This document shows, piece after piece, positions 9,472-17,465 of a stretch of DNA of 57,836 bases. Both the position numbers and the translations under genes were made by a program. Source of the DNA: Longimicrobium sp. (GTDB lineage: Bacteria > Gemmatimonadota > Gemmatimonadetes > Longimicrobiales > Longimicrobiaceae). The DNA is taken from the NCBI GenBank assembly GCA_036399995.1, contig DASWMA010000510.1, positions 1 to 57,836 on the forward strand, written 5' to 3'. The number at the start of each line of letters is the position of its first letter. The stretch's first letter is position 1. Below the pieces are notes generated by a model. That model did no database searches. It saw nothing but the letters and a program-made list of their open reading frames with translations, and was not told the DNA's origin.

Positions 9472-10509
9472 TCAGATCAGCTTGCTCAGGTCGAAGCGGC
9501 CGCGGTTCAACAGGAGCGGGCGGTACAGGTCGCCCATCTCCTCCACGCGCGCGGGGACGTTCTTCATCGTGAAATCCTCGATCTCCACGCCGCCCTCGAC
9601 TTCTTCCCACGTCACCGGGGTGGACACCGTGGCGCCGGCCTTGGCGCGGACGGAATAGACCGAGGCGAGGGTGCGGCCCCAGGCGTTCTGGTTGTAGTCC
9701 ACCAGCACGCGCCCGGCGGGGCGGTTCGCCACGCGGTACTCGGCGGTCACCAAGTCCGGGTACAGCTTCTCCATCGCCTGGGCGAAGCGCTTGGCGAAGC
9801 CCCACACCTGCTTCTGCAGCGGGCCGTGGACGATGGGGACGTAGACATGGATCCCCTTGCTCCCCGTGGTCTTGGGATAGCTCTTCATCCCCAGCTTGGC
9901 CAGCCCGTCGCGCACGTGCAGCGCCACCTGCCGCACCTTGGCGAAGTCGGCGCCGGGGACGGGGTCAAGGTCGAAGTGCACGTAGTCGGGGCGGTTGTAG
10001 TCGTCACACACCCCGTACCACTGGTTCAGGTCGATGCACCCCAGGTTCACCACCCACAGCAGCGACGCCACGTCGTTGATGATGGGGAAGTCGATGATGC
10101 TCTTGGACTTGTGCTCGATGGCACAGGTCTTCAGCCACTCGGGCGCGCCCTGCGGCGTGCGCTTCATGAAGAAGAACGGGCCGTTCCATCCGTTGGGGTA
10201 GCGCTTCATCACCATCGCCCGGTCGCGCAGGTGGGGAAGCAGCCACTTCGACACGGAGAGGTAGTAGCGCAGCAGGTCGCCCTTGGTGAGCCCCAGCTCG
10301 GGCCAGAACGGCTTGTGCAGGTTGGTGAGCCGCACCATCCGCCCGCCCACCTTCACCTCGCACGCCTTGCCGCGTTGCGGGATCAGCTCCGGCCCCGCGT
10401 CGGCCTCGCGTACGTTCTCGGTCTTCTGCGCCGCGGCGGACTTCGTCTTCGCGGCGGCGCGCGAAGGCTTGGGCTTGGGGCGCGTGGAGGTGCGTGCGTC
10501 CGGGCTCAT
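9472..10509 (-). CDS. Stand-alone LigD-type primase/polymerase domain (Prim-PolC-like)
   Basis: TKGDLLRYY, RYPNG, FDLDP, KTTGSKGIH, DYNQN, YSVR motifs. Confidence 0.9.
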   Translation of the reverse strand: MSPDARTSTRPKPKPSRAAAKTKSAAAQKTENVREADAGPELIPQRGKACEVKVGGRMVRLTNLHKPFWPELGLTKGDLLRYYLSVSKWLLPHLRDRAMVMKRYPNGWNGPFFFMKRTPQGAPEWLKTCAIEHKSKSIIDFPIINDVASLLWVVNLGCIDLNQWYGVCDDYNRPDYVHFDLDPVPGADFAKVRQVALHVRDGLAKLGMKSYPKTTGSKGIHVYVPIVHGPLQKQVWGFAKRFAQAMEKLYPDLVTAEYRVANRPAGRVLVDYNQNAWGRTLASVYSVRAKAGATVSTPVTWEEVEGGVEIEDFTMKNVPARVEEMGDLYRPLLLNRGRFDLSKLI

Positions 10510-10562
10510 CGGCGTGGCGTTCGGGTTGGCTGCCGGCGTCTGGCACGATCAGCCGGCCGGAT

Positions 10563-10580
10563 GCGCAACAACCCTGCCGG
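10563..10580 (-). promoter_or_regulatory. Possible sigma-54 -24/-12 promoter for the polymerase/ligase genes
   Basis: Minus strand reads CCGGCAGGGTTGTTGCGC (GG-N10-GC, GGCA...TTGC) about 55 bp upstream of the ATG. Confidence 0.4.
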
Positions 10581-10606
10581 ATGTGGCGATCCGCGATCTC
10601 GCACCC

Positions 10607-10660
10607 GGCGGCTGAAGCCGCAGCAACAACGACGGGAAGCCTCGCAAACTGCGCGAGGCT
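10607..10660 (+). repeat. Dual-hairpin REP-like element (family A1)
   Basis: ggcggctgaagccgc...aagcctcgcaaactgcgcgaggct. Confidence 0.85.
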
Positions 10661-10889
10661 GCGGGGCGGGAATCTGTGCGTTTCCCCAGACGGAGTTTTC
10701 GGCCGCGTTGGAATACACGGCTCGTGTGAGAGTCACGAAAAAGCGGGTCCCCGAAGAGACCCGCAAACGGGGCCGTAAGGCCCCAGCAAAAATCCGTGTA
10801 GAATAGAATACCGCAGAAAACCCGGCTCGCCGTCAAGCGCTATTCCGCCGTAGCGCACCGGAGAAGCCGGGTGAACCGCGGCCCGCCGC

Positions 10890-11246
10890 CTACCGCTTCG
10901 CCGGCCCCCCGCCGCTGCCTCCGCCGCGCTTCTGCTGGCGCTTCTGCATCTTGCGCATCTCGCCCTGCATGAACTCCATCGCCTTCTGGCGCTGCTCCAG
11001 GTGGCGCTTCATCTGCTCGCTCTGCTTCAGCTTCTGGCCCTCGGGGCCCTTGTAGCGCGAACGGCTCATCAGCTTGTTCACCACCCGCAGCACGGGGCCG
11101 GTGATGTACTTCACGATGAAGGCCTGCGTCTTCTTCCCCTCCTTCTCCAGGTGCTGCACGGCGAAGGGGAGCGCCTGCACCTGGTCCTGCACGGTGCGGT
11201 GCATCTCGGCGGTGGTGCGCTTCTTCTTTTTCTTCTTCTCGGCCAT
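10890..11246 (-). CDS. Small basic hypothetical protein (Lys/Gln-rich, helical)
   Basis: Clean ORF with host-like codon usage; MAEKKKKKKR N-terminus. Confidence 0.7.
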   Translation of the reverse strand: MAEKKKKKKRTTAEMHRTVQDQVQALPFAVQHLEKEGKKTQAFIVKYITGPVLRVVNKLMSRSRYKGPEGQKLKQSEQMKRHLEQRQKAMEFMQGEMRKMQKRQQKRGGGSGGGPAKR

Positions 11247-11325
11247 CGTTGGTCAGCGGCGCCCAGGGCCCGCCCATAAGTCGTTCACGGCGGGCGCCCC
11301 CGCCTGAAAAGTGCGTTCGTTCCGG

Positions 11326-11354
11326 TTGCTTCCGCGGCCCCCCGGCGGTACGAT
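11326..11354 (+). promoter_or_regulatory. Candidate sigma-70 promoter for sbcDC
   Basis: TTGCTT-17 bp-TACGAT. Confidence 0.45.
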
Positions 11355-11520
11355 TCGGGGATTCGCGGACCCCGTTGGATTTAGCCGCTCGCCGCCCCCC
11401 GCGCCACCCCCGCCCGGCATCGCCGCCCGGGGGCCCGCGGGGGCGGCGGCGGGTCGTCCACCGCCCGCGAAGTTCGCGCCAGCATCGCCCCGTTCAATCG
11501 GCAGTCTCAGCCACGCTCTC

Positions 11521-12669
11521 GTGAAAATCGCCCACCTGGCCGACCTGCACCTGGGGTACCGCGCGTACCACCGCGTCAACTCGCGCGGGGTCAACCAGCG
11601 CGAGGCCGACGTGGCCGAAGCCTTCCGCCGCGCCGTGGCGAAGGTGGTGGACCACCGCCCCGACCTGGTCCTCGTGGCGGGCGACGTGTTCCACACCGTG
11701 CGCCCCTCCAACACCGCGATCGCCGAGGCGTTCCGCCAGTTCTCCGTCCTTTCCGAGCGTCTTCCCGACACGCCGGTGGTGATGATCGCCGGCAACCACG
11801 ACTCGCCGCGCAGCGCCGACACGGGGAACATCCTCTCGCTCTTCCGCGAGATCCCGGGGGTGCACGTGGTGTTCGAGGAGTGCCGGCCGGTCAAGCTCCC
11901 GGCGATCGAGACGACGGTCCTTTGCATGCCGCACGTGTCGCTGGCCGCCGACCACGAGACGGTGATGGAGCCCGACCCGGCCGCGAAGCACAACGTCCTC
12001 CTGTTGCACGGCGAGATCACCGACAAGAACGGCGAGCCGCGCTACCGCTCGGAGTTCGGCGGCGCGCAGGTGCCCGAGACCGCCCTCAAGGCCAACCGCT
12101 GGACCTACGTTGCGCTCGGCCACCACCACGAGGCCGAGCCGCTGGCCCGCAACAGCTGGTACGCGGGGGGGATCGAGCGCACCTCCGCCTTCATCTGGCA
12201 GGAGCGGCGCCCCAAGGGGTTCCTGGTGCACGACACGGATACGGGCGACACCGAGCACGTGCCGGTGGAGACGCGCGAGATCCTGGACCTCCCCAAGATC
12301 GAGGGGAAGGGCCTGTCCGCCGCCGAGGTGGACGAGGGGATCCGCGCCCGGGTGGAGAAGATCGAGGGCGGGGTGCGCGGCAAGATCGTGCGCCTGGTGG
12401 TGTTCGACGTGCCGCGGCAGGTGGTGCGCGAGCTGGACCACCGCCGCATCCGCGAGTGGAAGGCCGAGGCGCTGCACTTCCACCTCGACGCGCGCCCCCC
12501 GCAGTCGCGGCGCCGCGTGACGTCGGGGGCGCCGGCGCGGCGGCTGACGCTGCGCGAGCAGGTGGAGAGCTGGATGGAGCGCTGGACGCCCACCCGCGAG
12601 GGGGTGACCAGGGAGAAGCTGAAGGAGATGGGCGGCGAGTACGTGGAACGCGCCGCGGAGGGGGTGTGA
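11521..12669 (+). CDS. sbcD: SbcD/Mre11 nuclease subunit
   Basis: ADLHLG, AGDVF, GNHD, LHG, ALGHHH metallophosphoesterase motifs; GTG start 11521; adjacent to Rad50-like gene. Confidence 0.9.
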   Translation: MKIAHLADLHLGYRAYHRVNSRGVNQREADVAEAFRRAVAKVVDHRPDLVLVAGDVFHTVRPSNTAIAEAFRQFSVLSERLPDTPVVMIAGNHDSPRSADTGNILSLFREIPGVHVVFEECRPVKLPAIETTVLCMPHVSLAADHETVMEPDPAAKHNVLLLHGEITDKNGEPRYRSEFGGAQVPETALKANRWTYVALGHHHEAEPLARNSWYAGGIERTSAFIWQERRPKGFLVHDTDTGDTEHVPVETREILDLPKIEGKGLSAAEVDEGIRARVEKIEGGVRGKIVRLVVFDVPRQVVRELDHRRIREWKAEALHFHLDARPPQSRRRVTSGAPARRLTLREQVESWMERWTPTREGVTREKLKEMGGEYVERAAEGV

Positions 12670-12670
12670 G

Positions 12671-15103
12671 ATGCGCCTGAACGCCCTGCGCATGCGCAAC
12701 TTCCGCCAGCACGCCAACACCGAGATCACCTTCCGCAGTGGGCTGACGGGGATCATCGGGCCCAACGGGGCGGGGAAGTCGACGATCCTCGAGGCGATCG
12801 CCTGGGCCATCTACGGCGCCCAGGCGGCGCGGGGGACCAACGACACCATCCGCTTCGCGCGGGCGCAGGCGCGCTCGCGGGTGGAGGTGGAGCTGAGCTT
12901 CGCGGTGGGCCAGCAGCAGTTCCGCGTGGTCCGCTCGCTGAACAACGCCGAGGTGTTCCTGGACGGGGGCGCGCAGCCGGTGGCGGCCACGTTGGGTGGC
13001 GCGACCAACTATCTCCAGCAGCGGCTGGGGATGACGCGCGAGGAGTTCTTCAACACCTACTTCACCGGCCAGAAGGAGCTGCAGTTCCTGGCCGCGATGG
13101 GCCCCACCGAGCGCGGCCGCTTCCTGAGCCAGGTGCTGGGGTACGAGCGGCTGCGGCGCGCGCAGGACCTGGCCCGCGACCGCAAGAAGGAGCTGCGCGC
13201 CGAGATCCGGGCCCTGCAGTCGACGCTGGGCGACATCCACGAGCTGGTGGCCGCGCGGCTCGACGCCGAGAAGCGCGTGGCCGACGCGCTGAGCGACTGG
13301 AAGACGGCGCAGGCCGACACGGGCGAGGCGCAGGCCGCGCTGAAGGCCTTCCTTCCGCGGTGGGAGGCGGCGCAGGCCGCGCGCGACCGCCACCGCGAGC
13401 TGACGCACGCCATCGACAGCGCCGAGCACGACCGCCTGGCCGCCCGCCGCGACGTGGACCGCGCCGAGGCGGGGCTGAAGGCGGTGGCCGCGGCCGAGGC
13501 CGAGCTGGCGCCGCTGCGCGAGGCGCTGGCCGTGCTCCCCCAGCTCACCACCGAGTGCGACCACTGGGAGGAGCTGGCCCGCAAGGACGAGGCGCGCAAG
13601 GCGCTGGCGCGGCAGCTCCAGGAGCTGGTGGCCGAGCTGGAGCGCGGGCACGAGCGGATGTCGCGGCTCGAGACGGCGCCCGGGCTGGAGAAGAAGTACG
13701 CCGGCGAGCTGGAGCGGCTGCGCGCCGAGCGCGACGAGGTGTCGGCCGAGCTGGAGGAGAAGAAGAACACTTGGCTGCGCGACCGGCAGGACGCCGAGAC
13801 CAAGCTGCAGACCTACCGCGACCGCGCCCGCGAGCTGCAGGAGCAGATCCGGCAGGTGCGCGAGACGGGCCCCGAGGGGGCGTGCCCCACCTGCGGGCGC
13901 CCGATGGGGAAGGACTACGAGCGGCTGCTGGAGCAGTTCGAAGACCAGTTCCAGGACGTGAGGCAGGACGGCGTGTGGTGGAAGAGCCGCTTCGAGCAGC
14001 TGCAGGAGAAGCCCGACGAGGTGGCCGAGCTGGAGACGCGCGAGAAGACGCTGGCCGAGGCGATCGAGGACCGCTCCACCAAGTACACCCGCTGCCAGTC
14101 GGCCGTGCAGGAGCTGGAAGGGCTGCGCGGCGACCGCGCCGCCCGCGAGCGCCGCCGCGACGACCTGGCCGCCGAGCTGGAGGGGATCCCCGGCGGCTAC
14201 GACCGTGCGCTGCACCAGCAGGTGCTGGGCGCCGTGCGCGCGCTGCAGCGGCAGGAGAAGGAGGCCGTGCGGCTGGAGGAGACGGTGGGGCGCCGCCCCG
14301 AGTGGGAGCGCGAGCTGAAAGAAGGGAAGGCGCGCGAGGCGGCGGCGGTGGAGCTCCACCGCGCCACCACGGCCGAGCGCGACGCGCTGGGCTTCAGCGA
14401 GGCCGAGTTCACGGCGGTGAAGGCCCAGCACGACGCGGCCGTCAACCTCCACCGCACGCGCGAGCTGCGCGAGACCGAGCTGAAGGGCGGCGTGCGCCTG
14501 GCCGAAGAGGCGCTGCAGGGCGCCCGCCGCGCCGAGGAAGCGTACCACGTCCGCGCGAAAGAGCTGGACCAGCAGAAGGGGGAGCTCGACCACCTGGACG
14601 AGCTCGACGACGCCTTCACCGAGCTGCGCAGCGACCTGAACGACCAGGTGCGGCCGGAGCTGTCGGAGATCTCGTCGATGTTCCTGGCCCAGCTCACCGA
14701 TGGGCGCTACACGTCGATGGAGATCGACGAGAGCTACAACATCCTGGTGCTGGACGAGGGCGAGGAGAAGCCGGTGATCAGCGGCGGCGAAGAGGACGTG
14801 GCCAACCTGGTGCTGCGCCTATCCCTGTCGCAGATGATCGCGGACCGCGCCGGGCACCCGCTGTCGCTGCTGATCCTCGACGAGGTGTTCGGCTCGCTGG
14901 ACGTAGCCCGGCGCGACAACGTCGTCCAGCTCCTCCACAACCTGGAAGACCGCTTCGAGCAGGTGATCCTGATCACCCACATCGAGGGGATCCGCGAAAG
15001 CCTCGACCAGGTGCTGCGCGTGGAGTTCGACGAGCGCACCGGGACGTCCGTCGTGCGCGAGGAGGACGTGAACCCCGCCGATCCGCTCGAGGTCGCGGCC
15101 TGA
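12671..15103 (+). CDS. sbcC: SbcC/Rad50 SMC-like ATPase
   Basis: GPNGAGKST, coiled coil with CPTCG zinc hook, SGGE signature, LILDEVFGSLD. Confidence 0.92.
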   Translation: MRLNALRMRNFRQHANTEITFRSGLTGIIGPNGAGKSTILEAIAWAIYGAQAARGTNDTIRFARAQARSRVEVELSFAVGQQQFRVVRSLNNAEVFLDGGAQPVAATLGGATNYLQQRLGMTREEFFNTYFTGQKELQFLAAMGPTERGRFLSQVLGYERLRRAQDLARDRKKELRAEIRALQSTLGDIHELVAARLDAEKRVADALSDWKTAQADTGEAQAALKAFLPRWEAAQAARDRHRELTHAIDSAEHDRLAARRDVDRAEAGLKAVAAAEAELAPLREALAVLPQLTTECDHWEELARKDEARKALARQLQELVAELERGHERMSRLETAPGLEKKYAGELERLRAERDEVSAELEEKKNTWLRDRQDAETKLQTYRDRARELQEQIRQVRETGPEGACPTCGRPMGKDYERLLEQFEDQFQDVRQDGVWWKSRFEQLQEKPDEVAELETREKTLAEAIEDRSTKYTRCQSAVQELEGLRGDRAARERRRDDLAAELEGIPGGYDRALHQQVLGAVRALQRQEKEAVRLEETVGRRPEWERELKEGKAREAAAVELHRATTAERDALGFSEAEFTAVKAQHDAAVNLHRTRELRETELKGGVRLAEEALQGARRAEEAYHVRAKELDQQKGELDHLDELDDAFTELRSDLNDQVRPELSEISSMFLAQLTDGRYTSMEIDESYNILVLDEGEEKPVISGGEEDVANLVLRLSLSQMIADRAGHPLSLLILDEVFGSLDVARRDNVVQLLHNLEDRFEQVILITHIEGIRESLDQVLRVEFDERTGTSVVREEDVNPADPLEVAA

Positions 15104-15107
15104 CGGA

Positions 15108-15150
15108 GTGCGAAAGTGCGAAAGTGCGAAAGTGCGAAAGTGCGAGAGTG
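15108..15150 (+). repeat. Short tandem repeat (GTGCGAAA)n
   Basis: About five octamer units right after the sbcC stop; (CCGTACCY)x3 follows at 15183-15206. Confidence 0.9.
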
Positions 15151-15223
15151 AACGGCTCACTCACCGGTGTCCCTCGTCGATCCCGTACCTCCGTACCCCC
15201 GTACCTCTGCACCACCCGAGCGG

Positions 15224-15667
15224 ATGCCTGAATCCACGCCCGAGTCCCTCGCCGGCTTCTCCGTCATTGTCGAGGTGCCGGTCGCGTGGGGCGACATGGA
15301 CTGGTTCCGGCACGTCAACAACATCGTCTTCTTCCGCTACTTCGAGAGCGCGCGGATCGAGTACCTGGAGCGGATCGGGTTCCGGCAGGAGACGGAGAAC
15401 GGCGGGGTGGGGCCGATCCTGCACTCCACCCAGGCGCGCTTCCGCAGGCCGGTGGAGTGGCCCGACACGGTGATCGTCGGCGCCCGCACTGTCGACGTGG
15501 GCGACGACCGCTTCACGCAGGAGTACCGGCTGGTGAGCCGCGCGAGCGGCGAGATCGCGGCGGAAGGCGGCGCGGTGCTGGTGGCGTACGACTACGCCAA
15601 CGGCCGCAAGGCGCCGCTCCCGCCCCGCGTGGTCGACGCCATCCGGCAGCTCGAAACAGCGATTTGA
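15224..15667 (+). CDS. Acyl-CoA thioesterase (4HBT hotdog family)
   Basis: WGDMDWFRHVNN..FFRYFESAR motif. Confidence 0.9.
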   Translation: MPESTPESLAGFSVIVEVPVAWGDMDWFRHVNNIVFFRYFESARIEYLERIGFRQETENGGVGPILHSTQARFRRPVEWPDTVIVGARTVDVGDDRFTQEYRLVSRASGEIAAEGGAVLVAYDYANGRKAPLPPRVVDAIRQLETAI

Positions 15668-15669
15668 AG

Positions 15670-15735
15670 CTCACGCAGAGAAGCAGAGGAGCAGAGAACG
15701 GCGGTGTTCTCTGCTCCTCTGCTTCTCTGCGTGAG
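15670..15735. repeat. Long hairpin (family B), probable bidirectional terminator
   Basis: Perfect 30-bp arms CTCACGCAGAGAAGCAGAGGAGCAGAGAAC with 6-nt loop, between convergent genes. Confidence 0.85.
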
Positions 15736-15751
15736 ACTTCAGCTTACCCGG

Positions 15752-16957
15752 TCACCTGCGGTAGCCGTCGCCCACGGCGGCTTCGTCCATCAGGTACACC
15801 TCCTCGCGCGTCACCTCGAGGGTGGCGTCGGGGGCCAGCGCGGGCTCGGCGTAGGCGGGCCGGGTGCGGATCTCCACCTCGATGTCGGCGTCGCTCATCC
15901 CGTCGCCGCCGCGGAGGTTGTCGACCAGCGCGCGGCCGCGGCGCACCAGGCCCGCCCCGCCGCCCGTGGCGATCGCCCAGCCGGCCGCGGCGGCCGCCAG
16001 CACCAGGCCGGTGCGCACCGGGTGCAGCGAGGCCGCGGTGTAGGCGCTGTGGCGCATGACGTACCCCGGCTGCTCGCCGCGCGCGCGGCCGGTGCGCGCC
16101 GGCGGCTGCCAGAGCGTGTCTTCCTCGGGGATGCCGCTGGGGGTGCTGCGCTTCTGCTGCTTGAACATCCCCTGGTTCATCAGGTCGGCCGCCTTCGGCA
16201 TCTTCAGCCCCATCATCGCCATCATCCGGCCGCCGCCGCCCACGGTCACCGACCGGCGCGGGTGCTCGGCGCAGTGCACGATGGCGCGCGCCACCACCTC
16301 GGGCACGTACACCGGGTGCGGATGGCGCGGCTCGGCGTCCATGTAGTTGGCCGCGTGCTGCGGGAACGGGGTGTCGATGGCGCCCGGCTTCACCAGCGTG
16401 ACCGACACCGGCGCGTTCTGGTGGATGAGCTCGGCCCGCAGCGCGTCGGTGAAGCCCTTCACCGCGTGCTTGCTGGCGCTGTAGTGCCCCTGCAGCGGGA
16501 TGAAGGTGTCGCTGACGATGCTCCCCACGTTGATCAGCGCGCCGCCCTTCGCCTTCAGGTACGGGAGCGCGGCCAGCGAGCCGTTCACCGTTCCCCAGTA
16601 GTTGGTCTCGAACATCCGCCGGGCGTCGTCCAGCGGCACGTCTTCGATCACCCCGTAGATCGACACGCCCGCGTTGTTCACCCAGGTGTCGATGCGGCCG
16701 AAGGCGCGGATCGCCACCTCGGCGGTCTCCATCATCGCCTGCATGTCGGCCACGTCGCCGGCGTGCCACTCCACCTGCGCGCTGGTCTCGCGCCGCAGGT
16801 CGGCGGCGATGCGGGCCAGCTCGGCCTGGTTGCGCGAGTTCAGCACCAGGCAGGCGCCGCGCCGCGCGGCCAGCCGGGCCGTGGCCAGCCCGATCCCGCT
16901 GTCGGCGCCGGTGATCACCATCACCTGCTCGCGCAGAGGCTTCAACATCACACCCAT
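15752..16957 (-). CDS. SDR family oxidoreductase with C-terminal extension
   Basis: TGADSGIG, NNAG, YSASK; GGAGG RBS before ATG 16957. Confidence 0.92.
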   Translation of the reverse strand: MGVMLKPLREQVMVITGADSGIGLATARLAARRGACLVLNSRNQAELARIAADLRRETSAQVEWHAGDVADMQAMMETAEVAIRAFGRIDTWVNNAGVSIYGVIEDVPLDDARRMFETNYWGTVNGSLAALPYLKAKGGALINVGSIVSDTFIPLQGHYSASKHAVKGFTDALRAELIHQNAPVSVTLVKPGAIDTPFPQHAANYMDAEPRHPHPVYVPEVVARAIVHCAEHPRRSVTVGGGGRMMAMMGLKMPKAADLMNQGMFKQQKRSTPSGIPEEDTLWQPPARTGRARGEQPGYVMRHSAYTAASLHPVRTGLVLAAAAAGWAIATGGGAGLVRRGRALVDNLRGGDGMSDADIEVEIRTRPAYAEPALAPDATLEVTREEVYLMDEAAVGDGYRR

Positions 16958-17008
16958 CTCGTTTCCTCCCATCCAGTTGGCCATCGGGTTCCCGGGGCGG
17001 AGGGACGG

Positions 17009-17026
17009 CTGCAAGGCGTGGGCCGG
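17009..17026 (-). promoter_or_regulatory. Possible sigma-54 promoter for the SDR
   Basis: Minus strand reads CCGGCCCACGCCTTGCAG (GG-N10-GC) about 52 bp upstream of the ATG. Confidence 0.4.
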
Positions 17027-17032
17027 GGAGGG

Positions 17033-17136
17033 GTGCTGGGTGCTGGGTGCTGGGTGCTGGGTGCTGGGTGCGAAGGTGCGAAGGTGCGAAGGTGCGAAGG
17101 TGCGGGGGTGCGGGGGTGCGGAGGTACGGAGGTACG
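17033..17136 (+). repeat. Compound short tandem repeats (GTGCTGG)5 (GTGCGAAG)4 (GTGCGGGG)2 (GTACGGAG)
   Basis: Read directly. Confidence 0.9.
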
Positions 17137-17179
17137 TTCCAAGGCACGACATCGTTTGGGGTGTCCGTGGACGAAAGAT

Positions 17180-17227
17180 GCGAGTGAACTCGCGGCTACA
17201 ACGGCACGCAGTCCGCCTTCGCGGACT
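17180..17227 (+). repeat. Dual-hairpin REP-like element (family A2)
   Basis: GCGAG-TGAA-CTCGC ggctacaac ... AGTCCGC-CTTC-GCGGACT. Confidence 0.8.
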
Positions 17228-17465
17228 TCAACTGCGTGTTTTCGTCGGTGGATGCGAGTCATTCCAGTCGCCGTTCGGCCTTCGATTCACAAATCCTCCA
17301 CAACTCCTTCGCCACTCTCGTACGCATCGGGGAACGGCTCTCCACCGGGGGCGCGGCCGATCCAGCCATCGTTGAAGCGAAGCCCCAACCGGGCTCCCGC
17401 GCATTCCATCCGGCGATCGCCGGATCACGGCGCATCGCTTCAACTTCAGCAGTGGATGGCCCCCG

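Noticed and set aside
11280..11520. GC-rich leader before sbcD as ncRNA or riboswitch
   Set aside because: No recognisable conserved RNA motif; pairing potential is explained by extreme GC
12191..14593. 800-aa minus-strand ORF and similar long antisense ORFs (e.g. 52995-55700, 25582-27903, 48125-49873)
   Set aside because: Antisense shadows of well-supported genes, with no motifs
17033..17136. Tandem repeats as CRISPR or as coding N-terminus of the SDR
   Set aside because: Units are 7-8 bp without spacers; the SDR has a good RBS and ATG at 16957, downstream of the tract
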